Below are positions 56,196 through 64,000 of a stretch of 64,000 nucleotides of DNA, piece by piece. Each line of letters starts with the position of its first letter. Positions within the stretch are counted from its first letter, which is position 1. The translations under genes were made by a program, and so were the position numbers. Below the pieces are notes generated by a model that worked only from the letters and a program-made list of their open reading frames with translations, did not search any database and had not been told where the DNA came from. Origin of the DNA: Candidatus Omnitrophota bacterium (GTDB lineage Bacteria > Omnitrophota > Gorgyraeia > Zapsychrales > Fredricksoniimonadaceae); contig JAGWOI010000001.1 in assembly GCA_028870995.1 (NCBI GenBank), positions 100,782-164,781 on the forward strand, in the 5' to 3' direction.

Positions 56196-57590
56196 ATGTT
56201 CAAAGGTGCCTTTATCCTTATAGCAGTTGTTCTCATGAGTACGGGTTTCAATGTTTGGGCGGATGCTCCGCAAGCCGGCAGCGCGGCGGTGGTGACCGTG
56301 CCGCAAACCAATAATTTGGCCTCGGATACCGGGCTGGTAAGTCTGGACTTCCAGGATGCGGACATAAGAAATGTGCTTAAAGTGCTGGCTTTTAAAAGCG
56401 GGGTCAACATCGTGGCCGCGCCCGATGTGACCGGCGTGGTGAACATCCAGTTGAAGAATGTGCCGTGGCAGAAAGCGTTGGATGTGATCCTTTCCACCTA
56501 TGGCTACGGGTTCGACCGCAAAGGCAATATCATCACGGTCATGACCGTGGAAAATTTGAAGAAGTACCGCGAGGATTCGGCAGCCCTTCAAGCACAGGAG
56601 CCCCTGGTCTCCAAGACCTTTTCGCTCAATTATGCCAAGGCCGAGGATGTGTTGAAGATCATCAACAAGCTTGTCAGCAGGAGAGGATTCATCAATTTCG
56701 ATACGCGCACCAATTCCATTATTGTCCGCGACTTGGAAAGCAACCTGGAGTTGATCGCCCAGGTCATCAAGTCCATTGACACCATCACCCCGCAGGTCTC
56801 CATCGAGACAAGGATCGTGGAGACGGATCTGAGCAATAACGACAATTTGGGGGTGGATTGGGTCAACGGCCTGACAGGCACCCTCACCGGCGGGGCCGTG
56901 CCGACCTACGCTCCTTTTACCCACGATATTGCGACCCAAAATTTCATTCCAGGCTCTTGGCCGTCCCCCTCAGGCTCGCTGGCGACCACCCCGACTGCGG
57001 GATCGTTCACCTACGGCACGATCAGCGCCAGCCAGCTTAACGTGACCTTGCAATGGTTGAGCTCACGCACCAATACCAAAATCCTTTCCAACCCGCGTAT
57101 CGTGACGCTGGACAATCAAAAGGCCACCATCAACATCGGCCTGGAATATCCGGTACCGAACTATTCCTTTAATTCGAGTACGGGGCAGGAACAAGTAACA
57201 GGTTTTACCCCATTACCTATCGGTGTTAATTTTGAGGTGACGCCGCATGTGAACAACGCAGGATTGATTACATTGGATTTGCATCCGCAGATCACGACGC
57301 TTCAGGCAACGATTACCGTGCAGAACAATCCATTCCCTGAAACGAGCAATGAAGAGGCTAAGACCAATGTGATGATCGAGGACGGCAAAACTTTAGTCAT
57401 CGGGGGCATGATCACAGACCAGGTGGTAACGACGACCACCAAGCTGCCTGTGCTGGGGGACATCCCGCTTTTGGGGTGGTTCTTCAAGAATACCAACCCG
57501 GTGAAGACCAGGAAGGAAGTCATCATCTTCCTGACGCCGCACATCATTACAGCCGGGAAGAACGCCTCTGCCGCGAATGCAACTCCGTAA
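56196..57590 (+). CDS. pilQ: Type IV pilus secretin PilQ
   Basis: Signal peptide, N-domain repeats, and C-terminal secretin motif 'VLGDIPLLGWFFKNTNPVKTRKEVIIFLTPHII'. Confidence 0.85.
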   Translation: MFKGAFILIAVVLMSTGFNVWADAPQAGSAAVVTVPQTNNLASDTGLVSLDFQDADIRNVLKVLAFKSGVNIVAAPDVTGVVNIQLKNVPWQKALDVILSTYGYGFDRKGNIITVMTVENLKKYREDSAALQAQEPLVSKTFSLNYAKAEDVLKIINKLVSRRGFINFDTRTNSIIVRDLESNLELIAQVIKSIDTITPQVSIETRIVETDLSNNDNLGVDWVNGLTGTLTGGAVPTYAPFTHDIATQNFIPGSWPSPSGSLATTPTAGSFTYGTISASQLNVTLQWLSSRTNTKILSNPRIVTLDNQKATINIGLEYPVPNYSFNSSTGQEQVTGFTPLPIGVNFEVTPHVNNAGLITLDLHPQITTLQATITVQNNPFPETSNEEAKTNVMIEDGKTLVIGGMITDQVVTTTTKLPVLGDIPLLGWFFKNTNPVKTRKEVIIFLTPHIITAGKNASAANATP

Positions 57591-57652
57591 TCCCATCCTG
57601 CGCGTCAAATAAACATTGTTTAAAACGCGTTAGTTAAGAAGGAGAGAGAACT

Positions 57653-59092
57653 GTGTCTAAAGAAATTTTGATCCAAGTCGCCCAGGGCGAGAGGCGTGTG
57701 GCCGTCCTGGTCGACGGCAAGCTGGATGATTTTTATATCGAGCTTGACCGCCACCAGTCGATGCTGGGCAACATTTACAAGGGCAAGGTGGAGTCCATCC
57801 TGCCGTCCATCAACGGCGCCTTTGTCAACATCGGCCAGGAGAAGAACGGGTTTTTGTACCTTACCGACGCCGATAATCCCTTTTTGCAGGACATCGAGAA
57901 GATCGAGCATGAGCCCAGTCCGGGGCAGAAAATCCTTAATATGATCTTTCCCAAGCCCGCCGAACAGCAGGTCCAGGTCCAGGTGCCGGAGCAGGCGTCC
58001 CAGGACCAGCGGGAGGGCCAGCGTGAGGGCCAACGTGAGGGCCAGCGGGAAAATCAACGGGAGAACCAAAAGGGCAACGGCCGCCATCGCAGGGAACGGA
58101 ATGATAAAAATGAGCTGCCGCTCAAGAAGGACCAGGAGATCCTGGTGCAGGTGGTCAAGGATCCCTTCGGCACCAAGGGGGCCCGCTTGACGACCCACAT
58201 CAGCCTGGCCGGCCGTTTTGTGGTGTACATGCCGGTGGACAAGCACAGCGGGATCTCCAAAAAGATCGACAAGCCCGAGGAGCGCCAGCGCCTTAGGGAC
58301 CTATTGCGGTCGTTCAACTTCGTCAAGACCGGAGGGTTCATCATCCGCACGGCTTCCATGGCCCAGGGCGAAAGGGAAATTTTGCGCGATTCCAAATTCC
58401 TGGTCAATAAATGGAACGAGATACGGGAGCTGTCCAAAAAGAAGGAACCGCCCGCGCTGATCTACGAAGAAGGCTCCTTGATCTGGAGGGTGATCCGCGA
58501 CCTGCTGAAAGAAGACGTCCAGGACATCTTTATTGACTCCAGGGAAGAATTCGTCAAGATGCGCAAGTTCGCGCAGAACCTGATCGGCAACGAGATCATC
58601 GATAAGATCAAATACCATCCCGGGCCGCAGGGTCTTTTTGACGCCAAGAACGTCACCCGCGAACTGGACAAGATCTATGAGGCCAAGGTGTATTTGAAAT
58701 CCGGCGCCTATGTGGTCATCGAGCCCACCGAGGGTGTTACCGTGGTTGACGTCAATAGCGGCCGCTTTAAGACCAAGGGCACGCCGGAAGACGCGGCGTT
58801 TGCGGTCAACATGGAGGCGGCCCCCGAGATCGCCCGGCAGCTGCGCCTGAGGGATCTGGGCGGCATCATCGTCATTGACTTTATCGACATGAACCGCGAG
58901 GACCACAAGCGCAAGGTGCTCAATGCCCTGCGCGAGGGTTTGAGCAAGGACCATGCCAAGACCGAGGTCAACCGCATCTCACAGCTGGGCCTGGTGGAAA
59001 TGACCCGTGCCCGCACGGGCAAGACCATCGAGTCTTTGGAGTTTCACAGCTGCCCGTACTGCGAAGGCCGCGGCAAGGTGAAGATCAATTAA
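57653..59092 (+). CDS. rng: Rne/Rng family ribonuclease (RNase G/E catalytic core) with a low-complexity insertion
   Basis: S1 domain, DNase-I-like region and Zn-link 'CPYCEGRG'. Insert is 'REGQREGQREGQRENQRENQ'. Confidence 0.85.
   Translation: MSKEILIQVAQGERRVAVLVDGKLDDFYIELDRHQSMLGNIYKGKVESILPSINGAFVNIGQEKNGFLYLTDADNPFLQDIEKIEHEPSPGQKILNMIFPKPAEQQVQVQVPEQASQDQREGQREGQREGQRENQRENQKGNGRHRRERNDKNELPLKKDQEILVQVVKDPFGTKGARLTTHISLAGRFVVYMPVDKHSGISKKIDKPEERQRLRDLLRSFNFVKTGGFIIRTASMAQGEREILRDSKFLVNKWNEIRELSKKKEPPALIYEEGSLIWRVIRDLLKEDVQDIFIDSREEFVKMRKFAQNLIGNEIIDKIKYHPGPQGLFDAKNVTRELDKIYEAKVYLKSGAYVVIEPTEGVTVVDVNSGRFKTKGTPEDAAFAVNMEAAPEIARQLRLRDLGGIIVIDFIDMNREDHKRKVLNALREGLSKDHAKTEVNRISQLGLVEMTRARTGKTIESLEFHSCPYCEGRGKVKIN
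58003..58070 (+). repeat. In-frame 12-bp tandem repeat (CAGCGGGAGGGC-type, about 5 units) encoding (REGQ)3(RENQ)2 inside rng
   Basis: Read directly in the sequence. Confidence 0.6.
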
Positions 59093-59180
59093 AAAAGGGA
59101 CTGTCCCTTTTTTTATTTTGACTAAACCATGATTCCTTGTATAATAACGGGCTCTAAAAAAGGGACTGTCCCTTTTTTAT
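59091..59180 (+). promoter_or_regulatory. rng terminator hairpin, sigma70-like promoter (TTGACT, 16-nt spacer, TATAAT), and an identical second hairpin with U-tract in the rplU leader
   Basis: The same ~24-nt palindromic element AAAAAGGGACTGTCCCTTTTTTAT appears twice, at ~59094 and ~59156. The promoter hexamers lie between the two copies. Confidence 0.45.
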
Positions 59181-59195
59181 ATTTAGGAGGATGTT

Positions 59196-59507
59196 ATGTT
59201 TGCAGTCGTTCAAGTGGGCAACAGCCAATTCAAGGTCAGCGAAGGCGATATCATCCAGGCCAACCGCCTGGATTTCGAAAAAGGTAAGAGCATCGTTTTG
59301 GACAAGGTCCTGCTTTATTCCGACGGCCAGAACGTCAAATTGGGCCAGCCGTACCTGAAGGACGTCGAGGTCAAGGCCGAGGTGCTGGAACAGACCCGCG
59401 CGCCGAAGGTCGTGGCGTTCAAGTACCGCAAGCGCAAGGATTCCGCGCGCACCCACGGCCACCGCCAGGATCTGACCACGGTTAAGATTGCTAAGATCAC
59501 TGTTTAA
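59196..59507 (+). CDS. rplU: 50S ribosomal protein L21
   Basis: 'MFAVVQVGNSQFKVSEGDII...' is canonical L21. RBS AGGAGG. Confidence 0.9.
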   Translation: MFAVVQVGNSQFKVSEGDIIQANRLDFEKGKSIVLDKVLLYSDGQNVKLGQPYLKDVEVKAEVLEQTRAPKVVAFKYRKRKDSARTHGHRQDLTTVKIAKITV

Positions 59508-59517
59508 TGATGGATAT

Positions 59518-59558
59518 TAAAATCCCGGTGTCCCGCTTAAGGGGTGCCGGGATTTTTA
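59518..59558 (+). terminator. Rho-independent terminator-like hairpin (13-bp stem with G-U pairs, loop GCTTAA, then TTTTTAA)
   Basis: ATCCCGGTGTCCC / GGGGTGCCGGGAT pairing read directly. Confidence 0.45.
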
Positions 59559-59574
59559 ATTTATAGGGACATTT

Positions 59575-60540
59575 ATGGCATTTGTCGATCAGGCACGCAT
59601 CCAGGTGGCGGCCGGCAACGGCGGCAAGGGCTGCGAAAGCCACTACCAAGATAAATACACGCGTTATCCCATCCCCGACGGCGGCGACGGCGGCAGGGGC
59701 GGGAACATTGTTTTTGTGGCGGACCGCAACCTGCAGACCCTTCTGGACTACCGTTTTAAACAGCATTACGTCGCCCCCAGGGGTGGCCATGCCAGCAGCA
59801 ATAATAAAACGGGCAAGCGGGGCGAAGACTGCATTTTGCGCGTACCGGTGGGCACCATCCTGTGGGACTACGACACGGAATTGCTCATCCGCGACCTTAA
59901 AGTGGACGGGGACACCGTCATCGTGGCCAAGGGCGGCGAAGGCGGCCATGGCAACAACCGCAACCGCACGGTGACGCCGCCCGGTGAGGGCGAGGTGCGC
60001 ACCATCCGGCTGGAATTAAAGATCATTGCGGATGTTGGCTTGGTTGGCTTTCCCAATGTGGGCAAATCAACGCTTATTTCGGCCGTCTCCAAGGTGCGCT
60101 CCGAGATCGCCAATTATCCTTTTACGACCAAGGCCCCCATACTGGGCATCGTTAAGGATGAAGATGACCCGGATAAGGATTTTGTCATGGCCGACCTGCC
60201 GGGCTTGATCGAAGGCGCGCATGAAGGCAAGGGCTTAGGCTATCAATTCCTTAAACATGCCGAGCGCACCAAGATTTTAGTGCATGTGATTGATATGTCC
60301 GGCTCTGAAGGCCGCGATCCCATCGGTGATTATTATAAAATTTGCGAAGAGCTGGATCTTTACAGCGAAGAACTGCTGCAGAAGCACCGCATTGTGGTGG
60401 CCAATAAGATGGATTTGCCCGAGTCCAAGGCCAACCTGACGCGTTTCAAGCGCAAGGTGACCAAGGACGTCATCCCCATTTCCGCCAAGGAAAAAGAAGG
60501 GCTGGATAAGTTATTGGCTACCATACGGTTATTGCTGTAA
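59575..60540 (+). CDS. obg: GTPase Obg (short form lacking a C-terminal extension)
   Basis: Gly-rich Obg fold 'GGDGGRGGNIVF', then G1 'GFPNVGKST' and G4 'ANKMD'. Confidence 0.9.
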   Translation: MAFVDQARIQVAAGNGGKGCESHYQDKYTRYPIPDGGDGGRGGNIVFVADRNLQTLLDYRFKQHYVAPRGGHASSNNKTGKRGEDCILRVPVGTILWDYDTELLIRDLKVDGDTVIVAKGGEGGHGNNRNRTVTPPGEGEVRTIRLELKIIADVGLVGFPNVGKSTLISAVSKVRSEIANYPFTTKAPILGIVKDEDDPDKDFVMADLPGLIEGAHEGKGLGYQFLKHAERTKILVHVIDMSGSEGRDPIGDYYKICEELDLYSEELLQKHRIVVANKMDLPESKANLTRFKRKVTKDVIPISAKEKEGLDKLLATIRLLL

Positions 60541-60681
60541 GCTTGGGCTGCAAAGACCAGAATAGTGTGCTATACTTGAAACGTTAATCCCGAATAAAAG
60601 TGAATTAAGTCCCCATTCTTAATTACTTTTGTTTTCCCTTTAGTTTAAGGGGAAAACTAGATTATTTAAAGGAGTGGGGCC

Positions 60682-60867
60682 ATGAGCCTTATCAGAGAAA
60701 TCGAAGAGGCAATTGCCAAATTGCCCATCAGAGAAGCCTATATGCTCCGGCACTGGTTGAATGAATACGAAACCGCCCGCGAGTATAAGAAATTAAAAGC
60801 GCAAGCCGTTTTAAATCATCATTTAAGCGAATTCAAGCATGACCACGGCAATGCGTTTTTAAATTAG
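60682..60867 (+). CDS. Small hypothetical protein (61 aa)
   Basis: RBS AGGAG. A hairpin plus T-run lies downstream (~60905-60940). No family recognised. Confidence 0.25.
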   Translation: MSLIREIEEAIAKLPIREAYMLRHWLNEYETAREYKKLKAQAVLNHHLSEFKHDHGNAFLN

Positions 60868-61000
60868 GTTTTTGAAGCGTTCAAAGCTGCACCCTTTGAA
60901 TCCGTCCTTTTTACGGGGGCGGATTCTTTTTTTCAAGCAAAAAAATAGGGGTTATTGTATAATTAGCACTTATTTAGCTTCTTTAAGCTAAGGAGGCCTT

Positions 61001-61408
61001 ATGTGTCCGATCACTCATGAAAGTCAGTTGGCGTTATTGATTGCCGTTATTGCGAGTTTTATTTTTGGTGCGATTTGGTATGGCCCGCTTTTTGGCCGGA
61101 CGTGGGCGGTTTTAAACGGGATGAAGGTCCCCGAAGAAGGCTGCAAGGGCAAGCCGCCGGTCAGATCCCTGTTGATTACATTTTTGGGCACATGCCTGAC
61201 CGTTTTTGGGCTGGCGTATATCATGGGCAATTACAAGCCGTTGTGTAGTTATGGCCCCGCGTTGATTGTTTGGCTTGGTTTTGTGGTGCCGTTGCTGTTG
61301 AGCAGCATCGCTTGGGAATGCAAGCCCTGGAAGCTCTTTGCTATTAATGCGGTGTTTTATTTGTTGAATTTTTATCTTATCACGGTGATTTTGACGTACG
61401 TGCGGTAA
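61001..61408 (+). CDS. DUF1761-like small membrane protein
   Basis: 'IFGAIWYGPLFGRTWAVLNG' matches the WY-PLFG-W motif of DUF1761. 4 TM helices. Confidence 0.45.
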   Translation: MCPITHESQLALLIAVIASFIFGAIWYGPLFGRTWAVLNGMKVPEEGCKGKPPVRSLLITFLGTCLTVFGLAYIMGNYKPLCSYGPALIVWLGFVVPLLLSSIAWECKPWKLFAINAVFYLLNFYLITVILTYVR

Positions 61409-61419
61409 AAAGAGATCTT

Positions 61420-61959
61420 ATGATGGATGACCGTTCAGTTTTTCATATTATTTCTGATTTAATAAATGAGCAGGGGATTTCGTGTATTTTGATTGGCGGA
61501 TTTGCAATTAATTATTATAAAGTAACACGTCAAACAGCAGATGTTGATTTTTTAATTACTAAAGAAGGTTTTAATAAAATATTCAAATATTTGGAGGAGG
61601 CTGGTTATAAAAAGAATTCATTGCAGGAGAATTTTGTCCAGCTTCAGAATAGCCATGCGCTGATGGATGTTGATTTTATGTTTGTTGATCAGAAGACTAT
61701 TGAAAAAATACTTAGTGAAGGTAAAAAAATAAAAATCGTTGGTCAAGCATTCACAGTGCCTTCCTTATATCATTTAATTGCTTTAAAGCTGCATTCTATA
61801 AAATTCAATCCCAAAGTTAGATTGACTAAAGATTTTCCGGACATCGTGAATTTGATAAGGATTAATGATGTTGATTTTAAAGAAAGGAAATTTAAAGAAC
61901 TTTGTTTTACATATGGGACAGAAGAGATATACAACAGAATATTGGAGGCCTTTAAATGA
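61420..61959 (+). CDS. Minimal nucleotidyltransferase-fold protein (low-GC; toxin-antitoxin / Abi-like family candidate)
   Basis: 'ILIGGFAINYY...TADVDFLI' fits the GG...D.D NTase motif. Markedly AT-rich codon usage. Confidence 0.4.
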   Translation: MMDDRSVFHIISDLINEQGISCILIGGFAINYYKVTRQTADVDFLITKEGFNKIFKYLEEAGYKKNSLQENFVQLQNSHALMDVDFMFVDQKTIEKILSEGKKIKIVGQAFTVPSLYHLIALKLHSIKFNPKVRLTKDFPDIVNLIRINDVDFKERKFKELCFTYGTEEIYNRILEAFK

Positions 61960-62139
61960 GAGAAAAGGTGCTTAAGTTTCCTGTTATTAAAGAAAAGTTT
62001 ATTAAACCAAAAATTCTCTCTATGGACGAGTATTTTAAGTTTGTCCAGTTCAATTTAAAACAGGCCTCCGACAGAAAAGCTTATGCTAAGTGGAAGAAAA
62101 TGTTAATTGTTAATGTTCCATTTTTTCTAATATAGGACG
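61960..62139 (+). CDS. Small ORF (59 aa) translationally coupled (TAAATGA) to the NTase-like gene
   Basis: The ATG overlaps the preceding stop and the sequence is equally AT-rich. It is below the ORF-track length cutoff and was found by reading the sequence. Confidence 0.25.
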
Positions 62140-62175
62140 ATGTGTTTTGGGTTGTGAGGTATAAGGTTGGCGAGG

Positions 62176-62323
62176 CTTTGAAAGTCATTTTTGAATACCA
62201 CTCTGGCCCCGCCAGCCTTCGTCGCCGATTCGGCCGTACAGCGCCGAAGGCGCGTCGTACGGCCGGACATCAGAAAAGGCTGGCGGAACAAGGCCAGCGT
62301 GGTTGAAAAAATGACTTTCAAAG
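62176..62323. repeat. ~148-bp nested imperfect palindrome (outer 17-bp perfect arms CTTTGAAAGTCATTTTT / AAAAATGACTTTCAAAG with three to four inner complementary blocks)
   Basis: Inner pairs: CCACTCTGGCC/GGCCAGCGTGG, CCGCCAGCCTT/AAGGCTGGCGG, CGGCCGTAC/GTACGGCCG, GCGCC-GAA-GGCGC. Confidence 0.55.
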
Positions 62324-62350
62324 ACGAAGCCAAGGGAACGACATAAAAAT

Positions 62351-63199
62351 ATGACACGCACATTTCAGAGACCGATTAAACGAGTGGTGGTGAAGCTGGG
62401 CTCAAGCCAGATCGCCGACGCACAAATGCGTCCGAAGACCCGCGAATTGATGTCGCTGGCCTTGCAGATCGGTGATCTGCGCAGCAAGGGGCTGGAAGTG
62501 GTCCTGGTGTCCTCAGGTGCCATCGCGCTGGGCATGGGCGAGCTAGGCGAGTCCAAGCGCAGCAGCGACCTGCCGTTCTTGCAGGCCCGTGCCGCCATCG
62601 GCCAGGCCGCGCTCATGCGTCTTTACAGCGATTTACTCGACAAGGTGGGTCTTAAATGCGGCCAGGTGCTCTTGACCTGGGACGATTTTGATGACCGCAG
62701 CCGCTTTTTAAACGCAAGGCATACCCTGGAAGCCATTTTGAAGCAAGGTGTCGTGCCCATCATTAATGAAAACGACACCACGTCCACGGAAGAAATCAAG
62801 TTCGGGGACAACGACAAGCTCTCGGCGCTGGTGGCAAGCCTTTTGCATGCCGATTTGCTGGTCATTCTCTCCGATGTGGAAGGCGTTTACGACGGCAACA
62901 AGAAGGTTTACCAGGAGATCAAGGAGATCACGGCTGAGATCGACGCGGCGGCGGGCGGCACCAAGAATGTTAATATGTCGCGCGGGGGCATGAAGGCCAA
63001 GATCGAGGCGGTCAAGATCGCGACCCAGGCGCGCATTCCCTGTATTATCACCGCCGGGAATATCAAGGACGTGCTGGTGGATCTGGTGGCCGGCAAGAAG
63101 ATCGGCACTTATTTTATTGAAAAGAACGCACAAATTTTAGACGGGGATTCGGAACATGAATTTATCCGCTCGCATTTTAGAAACAGCAAAAAGGGCTAA
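62351..63199 (+). CDS. proB: Glutamate 5-kinase (short form without PUA domain)
   Basis: 'RVVVKLGSSQIAD' and 'VPIINENDTTSTEEIKFGDNDKLSALVA' are canonical ProB motifs. Confidence 0.9.
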   Translation: MTRTFQRPIKRVVVKLGSSQIADAQMRPKTRELMSLALQIGDLRSKGLEVVLVSSGAIALGMGELGESKRSSDLPFLQARAAIGQAALMRLYSDLLDKVGLKCGQVLLTWDDFDDRSRFLNARHTLEAILKQGVVPIINENDTTSTEEIKFGDNDKLSALVASLLHADLLVILSDVEGVYDGNKKVYQEIKEITAEIDAAAGGTKNVNMSRGGMKAKIEAVKIATQARIPCIITAGNIKDVLVDLVAGKKIGTYFIEKNAQILDGDSEHEFIRSHFRNSKKG

Positions 63200-64000
63200 A
63201 AAAGCCTCTTATCAGATGGCCCTGGTCTCTACGAAAGAAAAGAACCAGGCGCTGTTGAGGATGGCGGATGCCTTGACGGCCCAACAGGCATATTTGATGA
63301 AGGAAAACGCCAAGGATCTGGCCGCGGCTGCCAAGGCCGGCTACTCCAAGGCGCTGGTCGACCGCCTGACGCTTAATCCCAAGCGCATCGCCGCCATGGC
63401 CGATGGCCTGCGGGAAACCGCCAAACTTAAAGACCCCGTCGGTCAATTGCTTGAAACCATCAAACGGCCCAACGGCTTGCTGATCAAAAAAATCCGCGTG
63501 CCGTTAGGCGTTGTGGGCATTATTTATGAATCCCGTCCCAATGTCACGGCGGATTGTGCCGCCCTTTGCCTGAAATCCGGCAACGCGGCCATTCTCAAAG
63601 GCGGTAAGGAAGCTATTTTCTCAAATATGGCTATCTTTAAGGTGCTCAAAAGCGTTTTAAAGAAGAGCAGGATTCCTTTGGATGCCTTGCAATTGGTGGA
63701 ATCAACCGACCGCGCCGCGGTGCATGAACTGTTGAAAATCGACGAGTATCTGGACGTGATCGTGCCGCGCGGGGGAGAAAGCTTGATCCGCTTTGTGGCG
63801 GAGAATTCCAACATCCCGGTCATCAAGCATTTTAAGGGTGTCTGCCATGTGTATGTCAGCAGCAAGGCGGATTTAAAGATGGCGCATAAGATCGCCATGA
63901 ACGCCAAGACCCAAAAGCCCGGCGTGTGCAATGCCATGGAGACCCTGCTGGTGGATAAGGCCGTGGCCCGTCAATTTTTACCGGCGGTGATCAAGGACTT
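63156..64000 (+). CDS. proA: Gamma-glutamyl phosphate reductase, 3'-truncated at the window end
   Basis: The ATG at 63156 overlaps the proB 3' end. The open frame runs to the window edge and is aldehyde-dehydrogenase-like ('IIYESRPNVTADCAALCLKSGNAAILKGG'). Confidence 0.85.
   Translation, partial: MNLSARILETAKRAKKASYQMALVSTKEKNQALLRMADALTAQQAYLMKENAKDLAAAAKAGYSKALVDRLTLNPKRIAAMADGLRETAKLKDPVGQLLETIKRPNGLLIKKIRVPLGVVGIIYESRPNVTADCAALCLKSGNAAILKGGKEAIFSNMAIFKVLKSVLKKSRIPLDALQLVESTDRAAVHELLKIDEYLDVIVPRGGESLIRFVAENSNIPVIKHFKGVCHVYVSSKADLKMAHKIAMNAKTQKPGVCNAMETLLVDKAVARQFLPAVIKD

Noticed and set aside
56166-56939. 257-aa minus-strand ORF inside pilQ
   Set aside because: Antisense to the secretin gene. 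No start or RBS context.
58003-58070. Possible CRISPR-like or intergenic tandem repeat
   Set aside because: The units are 12 bp, contiguous without spacers and in-frame within rng. This is a coding low-complexity repeat, not a CRISPR array.
57620-58246. 208-aa minus-strand ORF opposite the RNase G N-terminus
   Set aside because: Antisense shadow. It partly arises from the in-frame tandem repeat reading open on both strands.
60541-60680. Possible tRNA or small RNA in the obg-downstream intergenic region
   Set aside because: No cloverleaf-compatible stems or T-loop/anticodon-arm motifs were recognisable by eye. The region only carries a short hairpin before the next RBS.
62127-62363. 78-aa minus-strand ORF between the NTase cassette and proB
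   Set aside because: It spans the long nested palindrome and is most likely a by-product of that structure. No RBS is present.

Overview
This 64-kb window is from a GC-rich diderm (Gram-negative) bacterium that is probably anaerobic: it carries hydrogenase-4/FHL-like membrane subunits and ten radical SAM enzymes. The taxon is not identifiable from sequence alone. The window has three parts.

(1) Positions 1-25.5 kb are conserved housekeeping and envelope genes. These include a 5'-truncated HycD/HyfC-like gene followed by HyfE- and HyfF-like genes. Next comes a storage-polymer array (Ppx/GppA-HD, ppk1, ROK glucokinase, GH57, malQ), then a DsbA/DoxX pair and a signal-peptide-bearing Memo-AMMECR1 fusion. 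A low-GC PD-(D/E)xK nuclease gene lies behind a ~170-bp inverted repeat. An HTTM-DCC fusion, FtsW/RodA and a type IV pilus motor set complete this part. The motor set is two tandem PilB/GspE ATPases, PilC, and two stand-alone GspE_N-domain proteins.

(2) A TonB-dependent receptor plus a BtuF-like binding protein leads straight into a ~23.5-kb, probably novel maturation locus (29.8-53.4 kb). This locus holds 10 radical SAM enzymes: five SPASM/twitch-type (four of them mutual paralogs), three cobalamin-dependent class B, one HxsB-like and one other. It also holds two paralogous GT-B glycosyltransferases, a GT2 plus GT39 (polyprenyl-phosphate-sugar synthase and GT-C transferase) pair, TPP-dependent E1 alpha/beta, a deacetylase-like gene and an A24 prepilin peptidase. 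Three candidate substrates are present: an ~88-aa peptide with His-Thr-Asn/Ser repeats, a secreted protein with 10 cysteines, and a 414-aa type IV pilin-like protein with about 37 cysteines. The pilin gene shares an operon with a SPASM-type radical SAM enzyme and is divergent from pilMNOPQ.

(3) Positions 53.6-64 kb are pilMNOPQ, RNase E/G, rplU, obg, a small low-GC nucleotidyltransferase cassette followed by a ~148-bp nested palindrome, then proB and the start of proA.

No rRNA, tRNA or CRISPR array was recognised. Gene calls rest on motif-level recognition in the supplied translations. No database search could be run, so family assignments are inferences of varying strength.
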